Origin: Pseudomonadota bacterium
GTDB lineage: Bacteria > Bdellovibrionota_B > Oligoflexia > Silvanigrellales > Silvanigrellaceae
NCBI GenBank assembly: GCA_039799905.1
Contig: JBDLRP010000041.1
Coordinates: forward strand, 32,001 to 96,000
Length of the DNA stretch: 64,000 nucleotides
Reading direction: 5' to 3'
Shown here in pieces: positions 47,521 through 57,844 of the stretch. Under the pieces are notes generated by a model. The model saw nothing but the letters and a program-made list of their open reading frames with translations, was not told the DNA's origin and ran no database searches. A program made the translations under genes and the position numbers. The first letter of the stretch is position 1, and each line of letters starts with the position of its first letter.

Positions 47521-50500
47521 ATGGACGGACTTGATCAATGGCTGGACGTTGCGGGCCTGATGCCGCCGCTGCCCGCAGATGTTTCACAGAGACTTTTCGC
47601 CAAGACCGGAGGAGACACCTCGGGGTCGCACACCTTCATTCCCAACCTGCTCACTGAAACCGACTTCTACACGCATGTTCTCCCGCAGTTGCAGCGGAAT
47701 GTTGCGCCCGACATCATCAAATTTATCGTCACTCGAATTTCAAAGACCTTCATGCTTCGCAAAAAACTTGCAGAGCTCAAACCGCGCATTGAAGAGATTG
47801 TTGGGACAGGAAACTTTTCAGCGCTTTGGCTTGATCGCGAAGCATTTTCGGCCGACAGCATGGAACACCGAGCTCTTGTCACGGAAGCGGTGATTCATGT
47901 CTATTCTGCACCCGCGCTGCAAAAGCTGGTCAAACTTTTTTACACCCATAAGGTGCCGATGATCCCCTACGGAGAAGGTGGCGGATACAATATGGGAGTA
48001 ACCCCCATGGCTCCCGCGGTGACCGTCAGTTTGCGCGGGATTGATCACATTTCGGAAATACGGCCGAGCAGACGCTGCAACGGTCAATTTGAAGTCACCG
48101 TCGGTGCAGGAGTTCCATTCAAGGATCTTGTTGCTTACTTGGGTAAACGCGGATTTGTTTTACGCTGCGATCCAAACACTCCACGTGCCGCAACCGGAGG
48201 TATTGCCGCTACCGGCAGCAACGGTGGTCGCAAAGCTTATGAAGTCATTATTCACGGCCGTGCGGTTACCGCCCGCGGGACCGCCGTGTGTTTTGCACCC
48301 GACGAACGTGAAGCACGTGACATAGACAGCGAACCGTTCCTGATGGCGCGAAAATTTTTCAGCATTCGTGATACAGTCAGTTTCGAAAAAGAGTTCAAGT
48401 CGGTCAGTAAGCGCGAGCTCAAGGCGGTTTGCGAACCGTCGTCGGAAAATGTCAGCGTGCCTCTCACGGGAATGAAGGCTGCTGCCAACATGTTGGCTCA
48501 GCGCGCCCAGCGTGAGGCGCAAAACGACAACTATCTTTCCACAGACAGCATGGCAGATGCTCCCAAACTGCCTCTCTCTGCCTTCGTCGGCGCAGAGGGC
48601 AGCACGGGATTCATTTATGAAGTCACCTTTGAAATTGAAAAGCCAAAAAATTATCTGATGGGTTCGCGCTGGCACTTCACTTCTGTGGAAGCGGCCACGA
48701 GGGTAACGCGCGCCATTAAATCATTGCCGCAAAAGGAACACCCTGAATATTTTGAGATCATCACGGGACACAGCATAAGACGCTTTCTTTTGCAGGATTT
48801 TCCGAACGTGTTCAATCCCGCCGATGAGGCGGTCATCATTATGTCCGTGGAAGAAAATGATCCGGCCGGATGTCGCGCGCGCATGCAACGATGCGAGGCA
48901 ACTGCCTTCATCGCCCTTGCAGAATCTGGACTGACTCCGACGGATCATCTCCGCAGCCTTGAAAAAACCGAAATCCTCGACTCGACAGTTGGATTTCATG
49001 AATTCGAAGTGATGCGGCGACCGCGTGAGGAGCTGCCGAAAAAGCTCCGCACAAAGTGCAAAACCGACATGGAAATTCGCAGTGAATATCTTCCCGAAGT
49101 TCTTAAAATCGTCGAACAGACAAAACCGGCGCAACTGGCCGATCAAAAGCAAGACGTCCTGTTTGGGCATCTGACTCCACGACACACCGCCATCATCCAC
49201 TGGAACATCGGTGGATTTGACCTTTACGACGAGGAGCAAGCTTCGATTGCTTGGGACTATCTTGAACGGGTGATTTCTCAGGCGCAGTCTTTGGCTCCGG
49301 CCGGAGATCCAAATGGCAGCGCCCGCTTCACCGGTGAACATGGTGTCGCAGGAAAAGCAGCATTTCTATGGATAAATCACATCCCGAAAGTAGATTTCGA
49401 CAGGATGTGCAAAATAAAAGATATTCTCGACCCCGATGATCTTTTCAATCCTGAAACTCTCTTTCTGAGAACGAGTTTGTCGCGCTCGCTGCGCGCCAGA
49501 CTACTCAACATCAGCAGCAGACAAATTCAGGAATCACTCAAATCTTCCTCGCCGCTCACCAATGAACAGGCTCTTAGTGCAGAGCGTCTTGCCATCAGCG
49601 AAGGACAAAAATGCACCCGCTGCAACAGCTGCAAGGTGTGTCCCGTGATTGATGCGGAGCATCAGCTGGAGGGCAAAGGCATCCGCGCCAGCAAGCGCCC
49701 CACCCTGCCGAGCAAGCGAAACATTCTGATGTTCATGGAACGCGTTGCGGTACTGAGGGCATCTGCGCGCTACAGTAAAAATGCCGGACAAGTTGAAAAA
49801 GTCGTTCAGGCGACAAACAAGATGCTCGCCGAAAGTGCCAACCTCCTGAAGAAATGTTTTTACTGCCGGCGCTGCGACAAGGCCTGCCCCGTCGAGATTG
49901 AAATCCATCCGCTCATGCGTGCTTACCACACGATGGGACAGTTGCCCTCCATGGGTTCCAAACTCTGGGGATTTCTTTACGACCGTCTGATGGGCGAAGA
50001 TTTTTTCAAGGCATACACATATAAATTGATTTCGCTCTGTATTGCAGTCTCGCTGCCAGTGTTGAACCTGCTGAGACGCTCGAAGCGGATTCCTGACTGG
50101 CTGAAAACCTACACGGTACCGCCGACACTCTCCGTCACTCACTACGAGCCTCTGCAGAACGGAAACAAAATCAAATCGTCCGACAACTTTGTGCTCATCA
50201 AGAATGACGCCGGAAATGCGGTCACGGCGAATGATTCCTCGGCAGGACAAACGATTTACATCCGATACCGGGGCTGCATGGACACTTTCGGCCTGCCTCA
50301 GGCAACGAGCGATGTCGACCTTTACTTCAAGAACATTTTAGGTGCGCGCTTCGTCGATTTGGAGAAGAAAATGTGCTGCGGTTTCCCTTACGAGGCCGAG
50401 GGACTCCACGAGCGTGCAAAATTGGCCCACTTTAACTCGATGGTTGAAATCGCCAAATGCATTTTCAGACTTGTGGAGGAGTGGCGTGAGCACGGTTCTC

Positions 50501-51120
50501 ATGGCGAGCCACGGTTTGTGATGTTCTCGAATTGTCCTACTTGTTGTGAGGCGATCCGTGAGTTCAAAAATTTGCTGAAAAATCCGGAGAAAGTTGAACT
50601 GCTCAGGGCCCGCGCGTCGCTGCCTGCGGCTTTCGACCTCAGGTACCTGAATTACGAGACTCTGGATACAGCCGAGATTGCAATGGATCTTCTGAAGAAG
50701 TCAGCGGACGAAAAAAAGATCAAGCTGCAGACGCTCGTCCCAGCCGAGAGAATCCAAAAAACGGTCGGTCTAAAAGTCCCGTGTCACAATACAAAACAGG
50801 CGACCGCCGCTCAGCTTGCTTTGCTGAAATTATATTACTCGGGAGTTGAGTCCTACGACAACTGTTGCGGACTGTCGGGAACCTCAAGACTCAAACATCC
50901 ACGCATTGGTACACAAATCGCAGACAACCTTTTCGATCAAATTCGCTCTGCACCTGCTGACGCGGTTGTCAGCGGCTGCCCCAGCTGCCGTGACGGAGTC
51001 AAAATTCAGCAAGGTATTCTTAAGGGACGCAAGGACGCAATCGCAGATTTCGAATTGTCGGGAATCTTCTCTCAAATCATGGCTGATTTGAAAACCGCTG
51101 GGGATGCGGAGAAAGCCTGA
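47521..51120 (+). CDS. FAD-binding/4Fe-4S/CCG oxidoreductase (GlcD+GlcF-type fusion, 2-hydroxyacid dehydrogenase family)
   Basis: PCMH FAD motifs PYGEGGG, GGIAAT, FVGAEGSTG, GEHGV, LDPDDLFNP; ferredoxin motifs CTRCNSCKVCP and CFYCRRCDKACP; two CCG domains (MCCG, NCCG). Confidence 0.85.
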   Translation: MDGLDQWLDVAGLMPPLPADVSQRLFAKTGGDTSGSHTFIPNLLTETDFYTHVLPQLQRNVAPDIIKFIVTRISKTFMLRKKLAELKPRIEEIVGTGNFSALWLDREAFSADSMEHRALVTEAVIHVYSAPALQKLVKLFYTHKVPMIPYGEGGGYNMGVTPMAPAVTVSLRGIDHISEIRPSRRCNGQFEVTVGAGVPFKDLVAYLGKRGFVLRCDPNTPRAATGGIAATGSNGGRKAYEVIIHGRAVTARGTAVCFAPDEREARDIDSEPFLMARKFFSIRDTVSFEKEFKSVSKRELKAVCEPSSENVSVPLTGMKAAANMLAQRAQREAQNDNYLSTDSMADAPKLPLSAFVGAEGSTGFIYEVTFEIEKPKNYLMGSRWHFTSVEAATRVTRAIKSLPQKEHPEYFEIITGHSIRRFLLQDFPNVFNPADEAVIIMSVEENDPAGCRARMQRCEATAFIALAESGLTPTDHLRSLEKTEILDSTVGFHEFEVMRRPREELPKKLRTKCKTDMEIRSEYLPEVLKIVEQTKPAQLADQKQDVLFGHLTPRHTAIIHWNIGGFDLYDEEQASIAWDYLERVISQAQSLAPAGDPNGSARFTGEHGVAGKAAFLWINHIPKVDFDRMCKIKDILDPDDLFNPETLFLRTSLSRSLRARLLNISSRQIQESLKSSSPLTNEQALSAERLAISEGQKCTRCNSCKVCPVIDAEHQLEGKGIRASKRPTLPSKRNILMFMERVAVLRASARYSKNAGQVEKVVQATNKMLAESANLLKKCFYCRRCDKACPVEIEIHPLMRAYHTMGQLPSMGSKLWGFLYDRLMGEDFFKAYTYKLISLCIAVSLPVLNLLRRSKRIPDWLKTYTVPPTLSVTHYEPLQNGNKIKSSDNFVLIKNDAGNAVTANDSSAGQTIYIRYRGCMDTFGLPQATSDVDLYFKNILGARFVDLEKKMCCGFPYEAEGLHERAKLAHFNSMVEIAKCIFRLVEEWREHGSHGEPRFVMFSNCPTCCEAIREFKNLLKNPEKVELLRARASLPAAFDLRYLNYETLDTAEIAMDLLKKSADEKKIKLQTLVPAERIQKTVGLKVPCHNTKQATAAQLALLKLYYSGVESYDNCCGLSGTSRLKHPRIGTQIADNLFDQIRSAPADAVVSGCPSCRDGVKIQQGILKGRKDAIADFELSGIFSQIMADLKTAGDAEKA

Positions 51121-52051
51121 GCAGGACGGACAAGGAGATCGCAGTTTGAATAGCCAGCAAAACATGACACTCCTTTCAGGCAGTTGCCATTTGCGCGTGT
51201 CTCAATCGACCGGAAAAATTACCAGCCTCAAACGCGGCAACGAGGAACTGCTCGTGCAGGCACATGAGCACGAACTTGCTGCAGCTCTGACCGACGACGG
51301 CCGGACGGCTTTTGAAAGCCTTGATGCATGGGGAGCTGACGAGTGCTTCCCGACCATCGGGCGTTCTGCGCTTTGGAATTTGCGAGACCACGGCGAATTG
51401 TGGGCAAGCACACCCTCGGTTTTTTATGCCACGGCGGACCAGTGTTTTACCGGTTGGGAAAAGGACGGCTGTCAATTCAAACGAACAATCTCGTCGTGTG
51501 CAATTCCACAGGAGAGGCGCGCACTGGGAGCGTTTTTGACCCAGTTGAATTTTCCGTCGGCATTCGGCATCCGACTACAAGACGGCACACAACGACACGA
51601 CCTGCGCGTTGCTTCGACCTACGCCTCACACGCGCTTTTTGCAGCAGAACCGGGCGACCGTGTCGAATGGTCGATGCTGCCTAAAGTGGACAATCTTCAA
51701 TCGGCCTTGCTCCACCAAGCTCCATATCACGTGCTGGGCTCGCGAATTTTCGCTGATGATGAAGAAAATATAGCGAGCAAGTTCTATTTGCGAACACCGG
51801 CAACACTGGTGTTTGTGACGTCGTTGATTCGAAGACGACTGCGTCTGCGGATTGATGTCATACAAGATTCGAGCTTGCCGTGGGTCGGAATTTGGTGGTG
51901 TCACAATGGCTGGGGTGACGGCCGCCCGCACTCGACGGTGGGAATCGAACCCACGAATACCCCCAGCGACGGCCCTGTGCTGGAATTCGCAGAGTTGGCA
52001 CCTCCATCACTCTGCAACCCTCAATTTTTATGGGTTATTTCGGAATATTAA
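51104..52051 (+). CDS. Galactose mutarotase/aldose-1-epimerase-like protein (probable start TTG 51146)
   Basis: GKITSL, GADECFPTI, DHGELW, YASHALF, PWVGIW, VGIEP; AAGGAG RBS precedes the TTG at 51146. Confidence 0.6.
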   Translation: MRRKPEQDGQGDRSLNSQQNMTLLSGSCHLRVSQSTGKITSLKRGNEELLVQAHEHELAAALTDDGRTAFESLDAWGADECFPTIGRSALWNLRDHGELWASTPSVFYATADQCFTGWEKDGCQFKRTISSCAIPQERRALGAFLTQLNFPSAFGIRLQDGTQRHDLRVASTYASHALFAAEPGDRVEWSMLPKVDNLQSALLHQAPYHVLGSRIFADDEENIASKFYLRTPATLVFVTSLIRRRLRLRIDVIQDSSLPWVGIWWCHNGWGDGRPHSTVGIEPTNTPSDGPVLEFAELAPPSLCNPQFLWVISEY

Positions 52052-52142
52052 ATTAAATATCCCGATTTCAAATGAGCTTCCTCTTGACGATTGACTGCGA
52101 CGGCTTAGGTTATCGGCAGTTTTAATCGTCCGGAGGTACTAA

Positions 52143-54011
52143 ATGTCACAAGAAGTTCATTCATTTCAGGCAGAAACTCAACAACTCCTCAACCTGATGA
52201 TCCACTCTCTATACTCGAACAAAGAGATCTTCCTGCGCGAACTTATCTCCAATGCTTCCGACGCCCTCGACAAGGCCCGCTTCGAAGAGATCACCAAACC
52301 GAATCTTCTTCCTGCAAAAGGTGAAACTGGAATTCGACTGAGCGTTTCCGCAGACAGCAGAAAGCTCATCATCGAGGACAGCGGAATCGGCATGACGCGT
52401 GACGAGCTCATCGCAAATCTGGGAACGATTGCAAACTCAGGGACAAAAAAATTCCTCGAAAAATTGAATGAGAACGACAAAAAAGATGCACAGTTGATTG
52501 GCCAGTTCGGAGTCGGCTTCTACTCTGCATTCATGGTCGCTGAAAAAATCGCCGTTGAAACCCGCTCTGCATCCGGTGACGCGGCATGGCTGTGGGAAAG
52601 CGAGGGAAACGGTACATACACGCTGACAGGCGGCAAACGCGAAGAACGCGGGACTAGAATTGAATTGACCATCAAGGAAGATGAAAAAGAATTTCTTGAA
52701 GAATGGCGGCTGAAGGGAATCGTTCGCAAATATTCTGACTATGTGACCTATCCGATTTTGTGGAAGGACAAAGACGAAAAGGAAGAAAGGCTCAACAAAT
52801 CAACTCCGGTCTGGGCCCGCTCAAAGAAAGACAACACCCCCGAAGATTACAAAGAGCTCTACAAGCAACTGAGCAATGACTGGCAGGAGCCGCTGTTGTG
52901 GGAACACGTCAATGCGGAAGGCTTGATGCCATTTCAGGCGGTCGCCTTCATTCCGTCGGCGGTCCCATTTGACCTGTACCAGCGCGATTCACACGGCCTG
53001 CACCTCTACGTGAGAAGGGTCAGCATCACCGACAAGTGCAAGGAGTTGATCCCTGAATATTTGCGTTTTGTCAGCGGAGTCGTCGAAACCGATGAGCTGC
53101 CGCTCAACGTCTCGCGCGAGATTCTCCAACAGAACAGCAAATTACCTGCAATCCGCAAGCAACTCGTTAAAAAACTACTCTCCTCCCTGCAAAATCTCGC
53201 GAAAAATGAACCCGAAAAATACGCAGGCTTTTATTCACAGTTCGGCGCAGTACTCAAGGAAGGATTCCATTTCGACCACGAAAATCATGAAAATCTCGCT
53301 GAGCTTGTGCGCTTCCGCTCGAGCAAGACAGGCCGCGACGGTTGGGTATCGCTGAAAGAGTACTGGGAGCGGAAAGCTTCCGAACAAAAGGATATCTACT
53401 ATCTCAGCGGCCCGTCTTTTGATGCTGTGTCCGCGAGCCCGCATTTGGAATCGCTCACCTCGCGTGGAATTGAAGTGCTGTTCCTAACCGACCCTATCGA
53501 TGAATGGTTCGTGATGGACTATCCGAAGTTCGGTGAAGCCGCCCTGAAGTCCATTGCCAAAGGTCAGTTGGATTTGACCGGCGTCGGCACAGAACCGGAA
53601 AAAAAGGAAAACAACGATCAGGCGACTCCCGAGCAGATTGCACCTCTTCTTGAGGTCTTCCGCAGAAAATGTGCTGACACTCTCAAGGACGTGAAAATTT
53701 CAACACGACTTGTCGACAGCCCATGCTGTCTTGTTGCAGATGAACACGGCCTGAGCGCCCACATGGAGCGACTCATGAAGGCCACCAACAAAGAGTTCTC
53801 CGGCAGCAAGCGAATTTTGGAAGTGAATCCGTCGCATCCAATCATTCTCTCTCTGGTTCGCAAAGCGCAGACGAATTCAACAGACGCAGCACTGGAAGAA
53901 TGGGTTGATGTGCTTTACGACACGGCTCTGCTTGCGGAGGGTTCACCCGTACGAAACCCTGGTGTGTTTGCAAAGAAACTCACCAAGATGCTTGAAATGC
54001 AAAATGCCTGA
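52143..54011 (+). CDS. htpG: Molecular chaperone HtpG (Hsp90)
   Basis: FQAETQQLL.LMIHSLYSNKEIFLRELISNASDA, LGTIANSGT, IGQFGVGFYSAF, LPLNVSREILQ. Confidence 0.98.
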   Translation: MSQEVHSFQAETQQLLNLMIHSLYSNKEIFLRELISNASDALDKARFEEITKPNLLPAKGETGIRLSVSADSRKLIIEDSGIGMTRDELIANLGTIANSGTKKFLEKLNENDKKDAQLIGQFGVGFYSAFMVAEKIAVETRSASGDAAWLWESEGNGTYTLTGGKREERGTRIELTIKEDEKEFLEEWRLKGIVRKYSDYVTYPILWKDKDEKEERLNKSTPVWARSKKDNTPEDYKELYKQLSNDWQEPLLWEHVNAEGLMPFQAVAFIPSAVPFDLYQRDSHGLHLYVRRVSITDKCKELIPEYLRFVSGVVETDELPLNVSREILQQNSKLPAIRKQLVKKLLSSLQNLAKNEPEKYAGFYSQFGAVLKEGFHFDHENHENLAELVRFRSSKTGRDGWVSLKEYWERKASEQKDIYYLSGPSFDAVSASPHLESLTSRGIEVLFLTDPIDEWFVMDYPKFGEAALKSIAKGQLDLTGVGTEPEKKENNDQATPEQIAPLLEVFRRKCADTLKDVKISTRLVDSPCCLVADEHGLSAHMERLMKATNKEFSGSKRILEVNPSHPIILSLVRKAQTNSTDAALEEWVDVLYDTALLAEGSPVRNPGVFAKKLTKMLEMQNA

Positions 54012-54033
54012 GGAACTCCTCAGGCATTTTTTT
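54001..54033. terminator. Probably bidirectional intrinsic terminator between htpG and the convergent gene
   Basis: AAAATGCCTGAGG-AACT-CCTCAGGCATTTTTTT; A-tract on the left, T-tract on the right. Confidence 0.8.
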
Positions 54034-54049
54034 CGACTCAACGTTTGAG

Positions 54050-55069
54050 TTACTGCTGAGTCGTTCCGTTTGCTGGGCGCGGCTGCAAAACGGGGCCCTG
54101 TTGAGTCGGATTTTGCGAACTCGGGTTTGGTAAAGTCGAGGGCTGTTGTACCGCAGGGTTTTGAGCGCCCGGCTGTTGAACGACACCTCCGCCACCCGGA
54201 TTTTGAGTCGTCGGGTTTTGGGTTGTTGGATTCGGTAACGTCGGATTCTGCACAGTCGGATTCTGTGTTGTCGGATTTGGCAAAGTTCCCGGCAGACCAA
54301 CCGGTGGTTTGCCACCCTTAGATGATCCGGCAGGACTTCCCACACCACACAGACCAGGCATCACATAAACTTTTGGATAAAAACCGCTCTCAAGGTCAAC
54401 TTGGTCGGACGCACTGCGATCCAGCCCTTCGTTCACCACACGCTGGATGTCGACAATAACTCCTACTGTCACATCATGCGACCGGACCTCATAATACGGT
54501 GTGCCGTTAAAAGCCGACCCTTGCTGCGAAAACACTCTGAAAATGGCTCTTCCGCTGGGAAGTGAGTTGTAGCAGCGTTTTCGAAAGCGGGGGCTGTTCG
54601 GTGGAATCTGAAACACATCTACGACTGCAGACTGGCCTTCAGCACGCGGGGTTCCAGGCGATGACGTTCCCGGTGTAGACCAGAAACCACGACGGACAAC
54701 GCCGCGCATTTCGTAGTTGGCTGGATCGATGTACGAATTCTGGCAGGTGTCTGGATGCGGAAATGGTTCAGGGTTGTTCGCATAGCTTGGGTCCCGAGAA
54801 CCATCCAAAGGCCTCCGTCCAACCTCGTCCGACGGCATTCCGGCGGCGCATCCGCGGTTGAAAACGTAGAAACCTGTATCGGTCAGCTTGCTGATGAGAT
54901 CGGGCGACATCGTGTTGCGATGGTAGGTGAGCAGCTCTTCTACGAAGCTGTTACCTCCCGAGCCGACCGACTGAGCTGTTGTTTCATTGAACTTGCGCGG
55001 CTGACATCCAACCAATACGAGCGCGGAGATTCCAAACAACCCAGTGGTCCGTGCACAAATCGATCGCAT
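54050..55069 (-). CDS. Hypothetical lipoprotein with C-terminal xQNPT pentapeptide repeats
   Basis: ATG at 55069 has a GGAGG RBS (track start 55135); lipobox LVGC followed by QPRKFN; tail LPNPT/TQNPT/VQNPT. Confidence 0.7.
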   Translation of the reverse strand: MRSICARTTGLFGISALVLVGCQPRKFNETTAQSVGSGGNSFVEELLTYHRNTMSPDLISKLTDTGFYVFNRGCAAGMPSDEVGRRPLDGSRDPSYANNPEPFPHPDTCQNSYIDPANYEMRGVVRRGFWSTPGTSSPGTPRAEGQSAVVDVFQIPPNSPRFRKRCYNSLPSGRAIFRVFSQQGSAFNGTPYYEVRSHDVTVGVIVDIQRVVNEGLDRSASDQVDLESGFYPKVYVMPGLCGVGSPAGSSKGGKPPVGLPGTLPNPTTQNPTVQNPTLPNPTTQNPTTQNPGGGGVVQQPGAQNPAVQQPSTLPNPSSQNPTQQGPVLQPRPANGTTQQ

Positions 55070-55124
55070 ACGCGTATCCTCCGTCAGCTCGGTCAAGTCT
55101 CTCGCTCCGAGCTCGTTCGTCGGG

Positions 55125-55152
55125 TCTTCGGACATCCGTGACTCAAACTTGA
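55125..55152 (-). promoter_or_regulatory. Sigma28-like promoter candidate
   Basis: Minus strand TCAAG-N15-TCCGAAGA, upstream of the ATG at 55069. Confidence 0.35.
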
Positions 55153-55227
55153 GAAGAATTTCCGACCCATAATGACGTTGTGATGCTCAACCCTAAAGTC
55201 ATTCCACCCTTGTCAAGTCGCCAAAAA

Positions 55228-56910
55228 CTAAAATACTTTCTCAATAAAAACAGAGGAATGAAAGCCATTCAAGGTAACCTCCGTTTGCAGGGCCTTGGCA
55301 GAGTCGGAATTGACAAAAAGTCGTCCGAGAGAACCAAATTGCACACCAGTGCCAACTTTCAAACTCGCTGGCCGGCGTCCGACGAACTGCGTTTGCATCC
55401 GCGAGACAATCCATACCAACTCCGCAGAGCCGAAAATCGTGCTTGATTTTGCTGTAAGACCCAGTTCACCCTGAGCTGCTGCTGAGAACAAAAAATGTTG
55501 ACCAAGCGGGACTGTCGTCCCCAAACTTCCACCCAAAACAAATTCTCGCGCTCTAATTTGCAAGTCGCCCTGAGGAAGCCCAACTGCGGATTTGAAATCT
55601 CCATCACTCGCAAGAACACCGAGCCTCGCACCCAAGTGATAAACGAACTCGGGGTTGAGGTTCGCTGAAAAACTCCGCCGCAGCTCCGGTTCAATCCAGA
55701 AACCCATCTCGCGCATTCCAATCTTCGATTCAATTATACTGCTGCCGCTGTTCTTTTCCTCAACCTCGGTCTCAAGCACATATTGAGACTGAACATACAC
55801 GGCATGCGATAAGACTCCGAATCCGGCGCCGGTGCGGAGCCCCAACGTTCCGCTGCCTCCGTATGACGAGCGCAGCGACAAAACCGGAATTCCAGCCACC
55901 GCCCCGCCTCGGAAAAACAAAAAAACAGAGGACTTCTCTTTCAATTTCTCGACGTCTTCCTTGATCCTCTCACGTTCAAATCTCATTACATCGAACTGAA
56001 ACTGAGCTGTCAGAATGACAAATGCCTCACGCAGTCTCGTGTTGAATTCCTCTGTTCTTTTTCCACGCCCGTTCTTATTGACAATCCAACAGATAGATTT
56101 GGATTTATTGGCACACATCATGGCTTCACGCTGAGAAATCTCGCGAAGTCGGAAGCGGCTTTCGCTCTGCTCAAATCTCGCCTCAACAAAAGAAAGTTGT
56201 GAGGGCGGCGGAGGAAAACTCACCTCCGGTGTGCCTACTTCGGCATATCCACGCAGTCCAAATTGATCGAATTGAATAAGATTGCGTGTCACCGACGACA
56301 AAAATGGCAATTGGTCGTAAAGCGAGGCTGCGAGCAGTCGGACAAACGATCTGAAGCGTAACAGCCGCACTCGATATTCTGTCCATGGAATCAGTTTTTG
56401 TGCCTCACACTTTTCTTCAAGCAGAGGTTCGCCGGAGGGCCCTTTGTCGGACAGTTGTCGTGCGCGGCAAATTTCAGCGCGAATGACGTCTGAATTATCG
56501 AGTTTGTCCCTGCGAAGGGTGAGAATCCACTCATCGAATTTCCTCAGCTGTCGAAAATCCTCAACTTCACCTGCAACTTTCATCCTGCAGTTAACCTCGG
56601 ATGCGATTCCAAAACCCCACGGTCCCTGACCGTGCAAAAAAGCCTCTTTCCAAACTTTGCAGGCCGTTTGAAACTGCTCTTGACGCACCGAATCAATAGA
56701 CGAGTCGAATAGTTCTGGATCGAAGTCGATCCCCAAACGGACAGACTCGAATGGCAGGGGTTGCTCTCCGGACTGCTGTGCTTCGGCGTTGGTCAGAAAC
56801 GAAAACTGAGAAATGACAAACAGGGTGACAAAAACGATACCGCCAACACTTTTTTCTCCAAATGTTGGTGTGATAAACTGCAGGAGATCTTTGAGCTTTG
56901 GGTGTACCAT
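55228..56910 (-). CDS. Hypothetical exported protein with C-terminal beta-barrel-like domain
   Basis: Hydrophobic leader, Cys-containing middle, amphipathic strands ending IEKVF. ATG at 56910 avoids overlap with the divergent gene (track start 56985). Confidence 0.55.
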   Translation of the reverse strand: MVHPKLKDLLQFITPTFGEKSVGGIVFVTLFVISQFSFLTNAEAQQSGEQPLPFESVRLGIDFDPELFDSSIDSVRQEQFQTACKVWKEAFLHGQGPWGFGIASEVNCRMKVAGEVEDFRQLRKFDEWILTLRRDKLDNSDVIRAEICRARQLSDKGPSGEPLLEEKCEAQKLIPWTEYRVRLLRFRSFVRLLAASLYDQLPFLSSVTRNLIQFDQFGLRGYAEVGTPEVSFPPPPSQLSFVEARFEQSESRFRLREISQREAMMCANKSKSICWIVNKNGRGKRTEEFNTRLREAFVILTAQFQFDVMRFERERIKEDVEKLKEKSSVFLFFRGGAVAGIPVLSLRSSYGGSGTLGLRTGAGFGVLSHAVYVQSQYVLETEVEEKNSGSSIIESKIGMREMGFWIEPELRRSFSANLNPEFVYHLGARLGVLASDGDFKSAVGLPQGDLQIRAREFVLGGSLGTTVPLGQHFLFSAAAQGELGLTAKSSTIFGSAELVWIVSRMQTQFVGRRPASLKVGTGVQFGSLGRLFVNSDSAKALQTEVTLNGFHSSVFIEKVF

Positions 56911-56947
56911 TGAAATAAGATTAAACAAGCGAATCGGTGTAAACAAG

Positions 56948-57784
56948 ATGGCTGGGCTACATATTTTGTCACTACTCACTAGCATTACAGTTCATACTGG
57001 GGTTCTTTTTGCTCTTCTGATGCCGGCAACTGCGCTGTCGTCACGTTGTCCGAAACAGGCTGATTTCATCTTCAGGGAAGGTGATACTCTGTCGGAAGTC
57101 TTGTGGTTTCTCGGTTCAGAACCCGTCTATGGAAAACTAGGCTGGATTGAGCGGACTTGGAAACTGAATCCCCAGCTTGCGCATCTGCGCGGAAAAGAAA
57201 TTCCACCCGGGACACGCGTGAAGATTCCGTTGAAAAGTTGCCCCTTGAAAGGCGGCTGGACACTTCAAAACGGCGAGCTCATTTCCCCCTATCACCATCG
57301 AAAGGCAACGCCGGACACAGTGAGTGAACCGACTCCATCACCCACAGCATTGCCGACACCTTCACCAATGCCAACTGCATCGCCAACTGCGGCGCCTTCG
57401 CCTTCGCCTTCGCCTTCGCCTTCGCCTTCGCCAACGCCAACGCCAACGCCGACGCCTTCGCCAACGCCGACGCCTTCGCCAACGCCGACGCCTTCGCCAA
57501 CGCCGACACCTTCGCCAACGCCGACACCTTTGCCAACGCCGACTGCTTCACCAAAGCCGACTGCATCCCCCGCTGCTGCACCCGCATCGAGGCCCACGCC
57601 GAAAGTGTCCCCCAAGCCAACTGCGGCGCCTACGTTTAGCCCCAAAAAGAAGTTGAAACCGACCGAAAAGCTGAGACAAAACATCAGAGAGTCAAAAGAA
57701 GTATTCGAGAAAAGTCAGAGCAAAGAACAACTGTTTCTTGAGAAACTCAAAAGTGATGACGATTTTCGAATTCAAAACCCATAA
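56948..57784 (+). CDS. Secreted LysM-like protein with a long Pro/Thr/Ser linker
   Basis: Signal peptide from ATG 56948; [11 protein letters not shown]...LNPQL...[10 protein letters not shown] resembles LysM; (PS)/(PT) repeats. Confidence 0.6.
   Translation: MAGLHILSLLTSITVHTGVLFALLMPATALSSRCPKQADFIFREGDTLSEVLWFLGSEPVYGKLGWIERTWKLNPQLAHLRGKEIPPGTRVKIPLKSCPLKGGWTLQNGELISPYHHRKATPDTVSEPTPSPTALPTPSPMPTASPTAAPSPSPSPSPSPSPTPTPTPTPSPTPTPSPTPTPSPTPTPSPTPTPLPTPTASPKPTASPAAAPASRPTPKVSPKPTAAPTFSPKKKLKPTEKLRQNIRESKEVFEKSQSKEQLFLEKLKSDDDFRIQNP
57393..57543 (+). repeat. Hexamer/18-mer tandem repeats (CGCCTT x6, CGCCAA x3, then CGCCGA-CGCCTT-CGCCAA units)
   Basis: Read directly from the sequence; encodes the [10 protein letters not shown] linker. 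Confidence 0.9.
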
Positions 57785-57844
57785 TTTTCGATAGTTAATC
57801 ACACCAAGTTCAAAGCGCCGTCCCTAACTACCTTTCTCCCTAAG

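Noticed and set aside
49534..50250. 238-aa minus-strand ORF
   Set aside because: Antisense to the FAD/Fe-S oxidoreductase.
57393..57543. Possible phase-variation tract
   Set aside because: Units are multiples of 3 bp, so slippage changes linker length only and cannot switch the frame.
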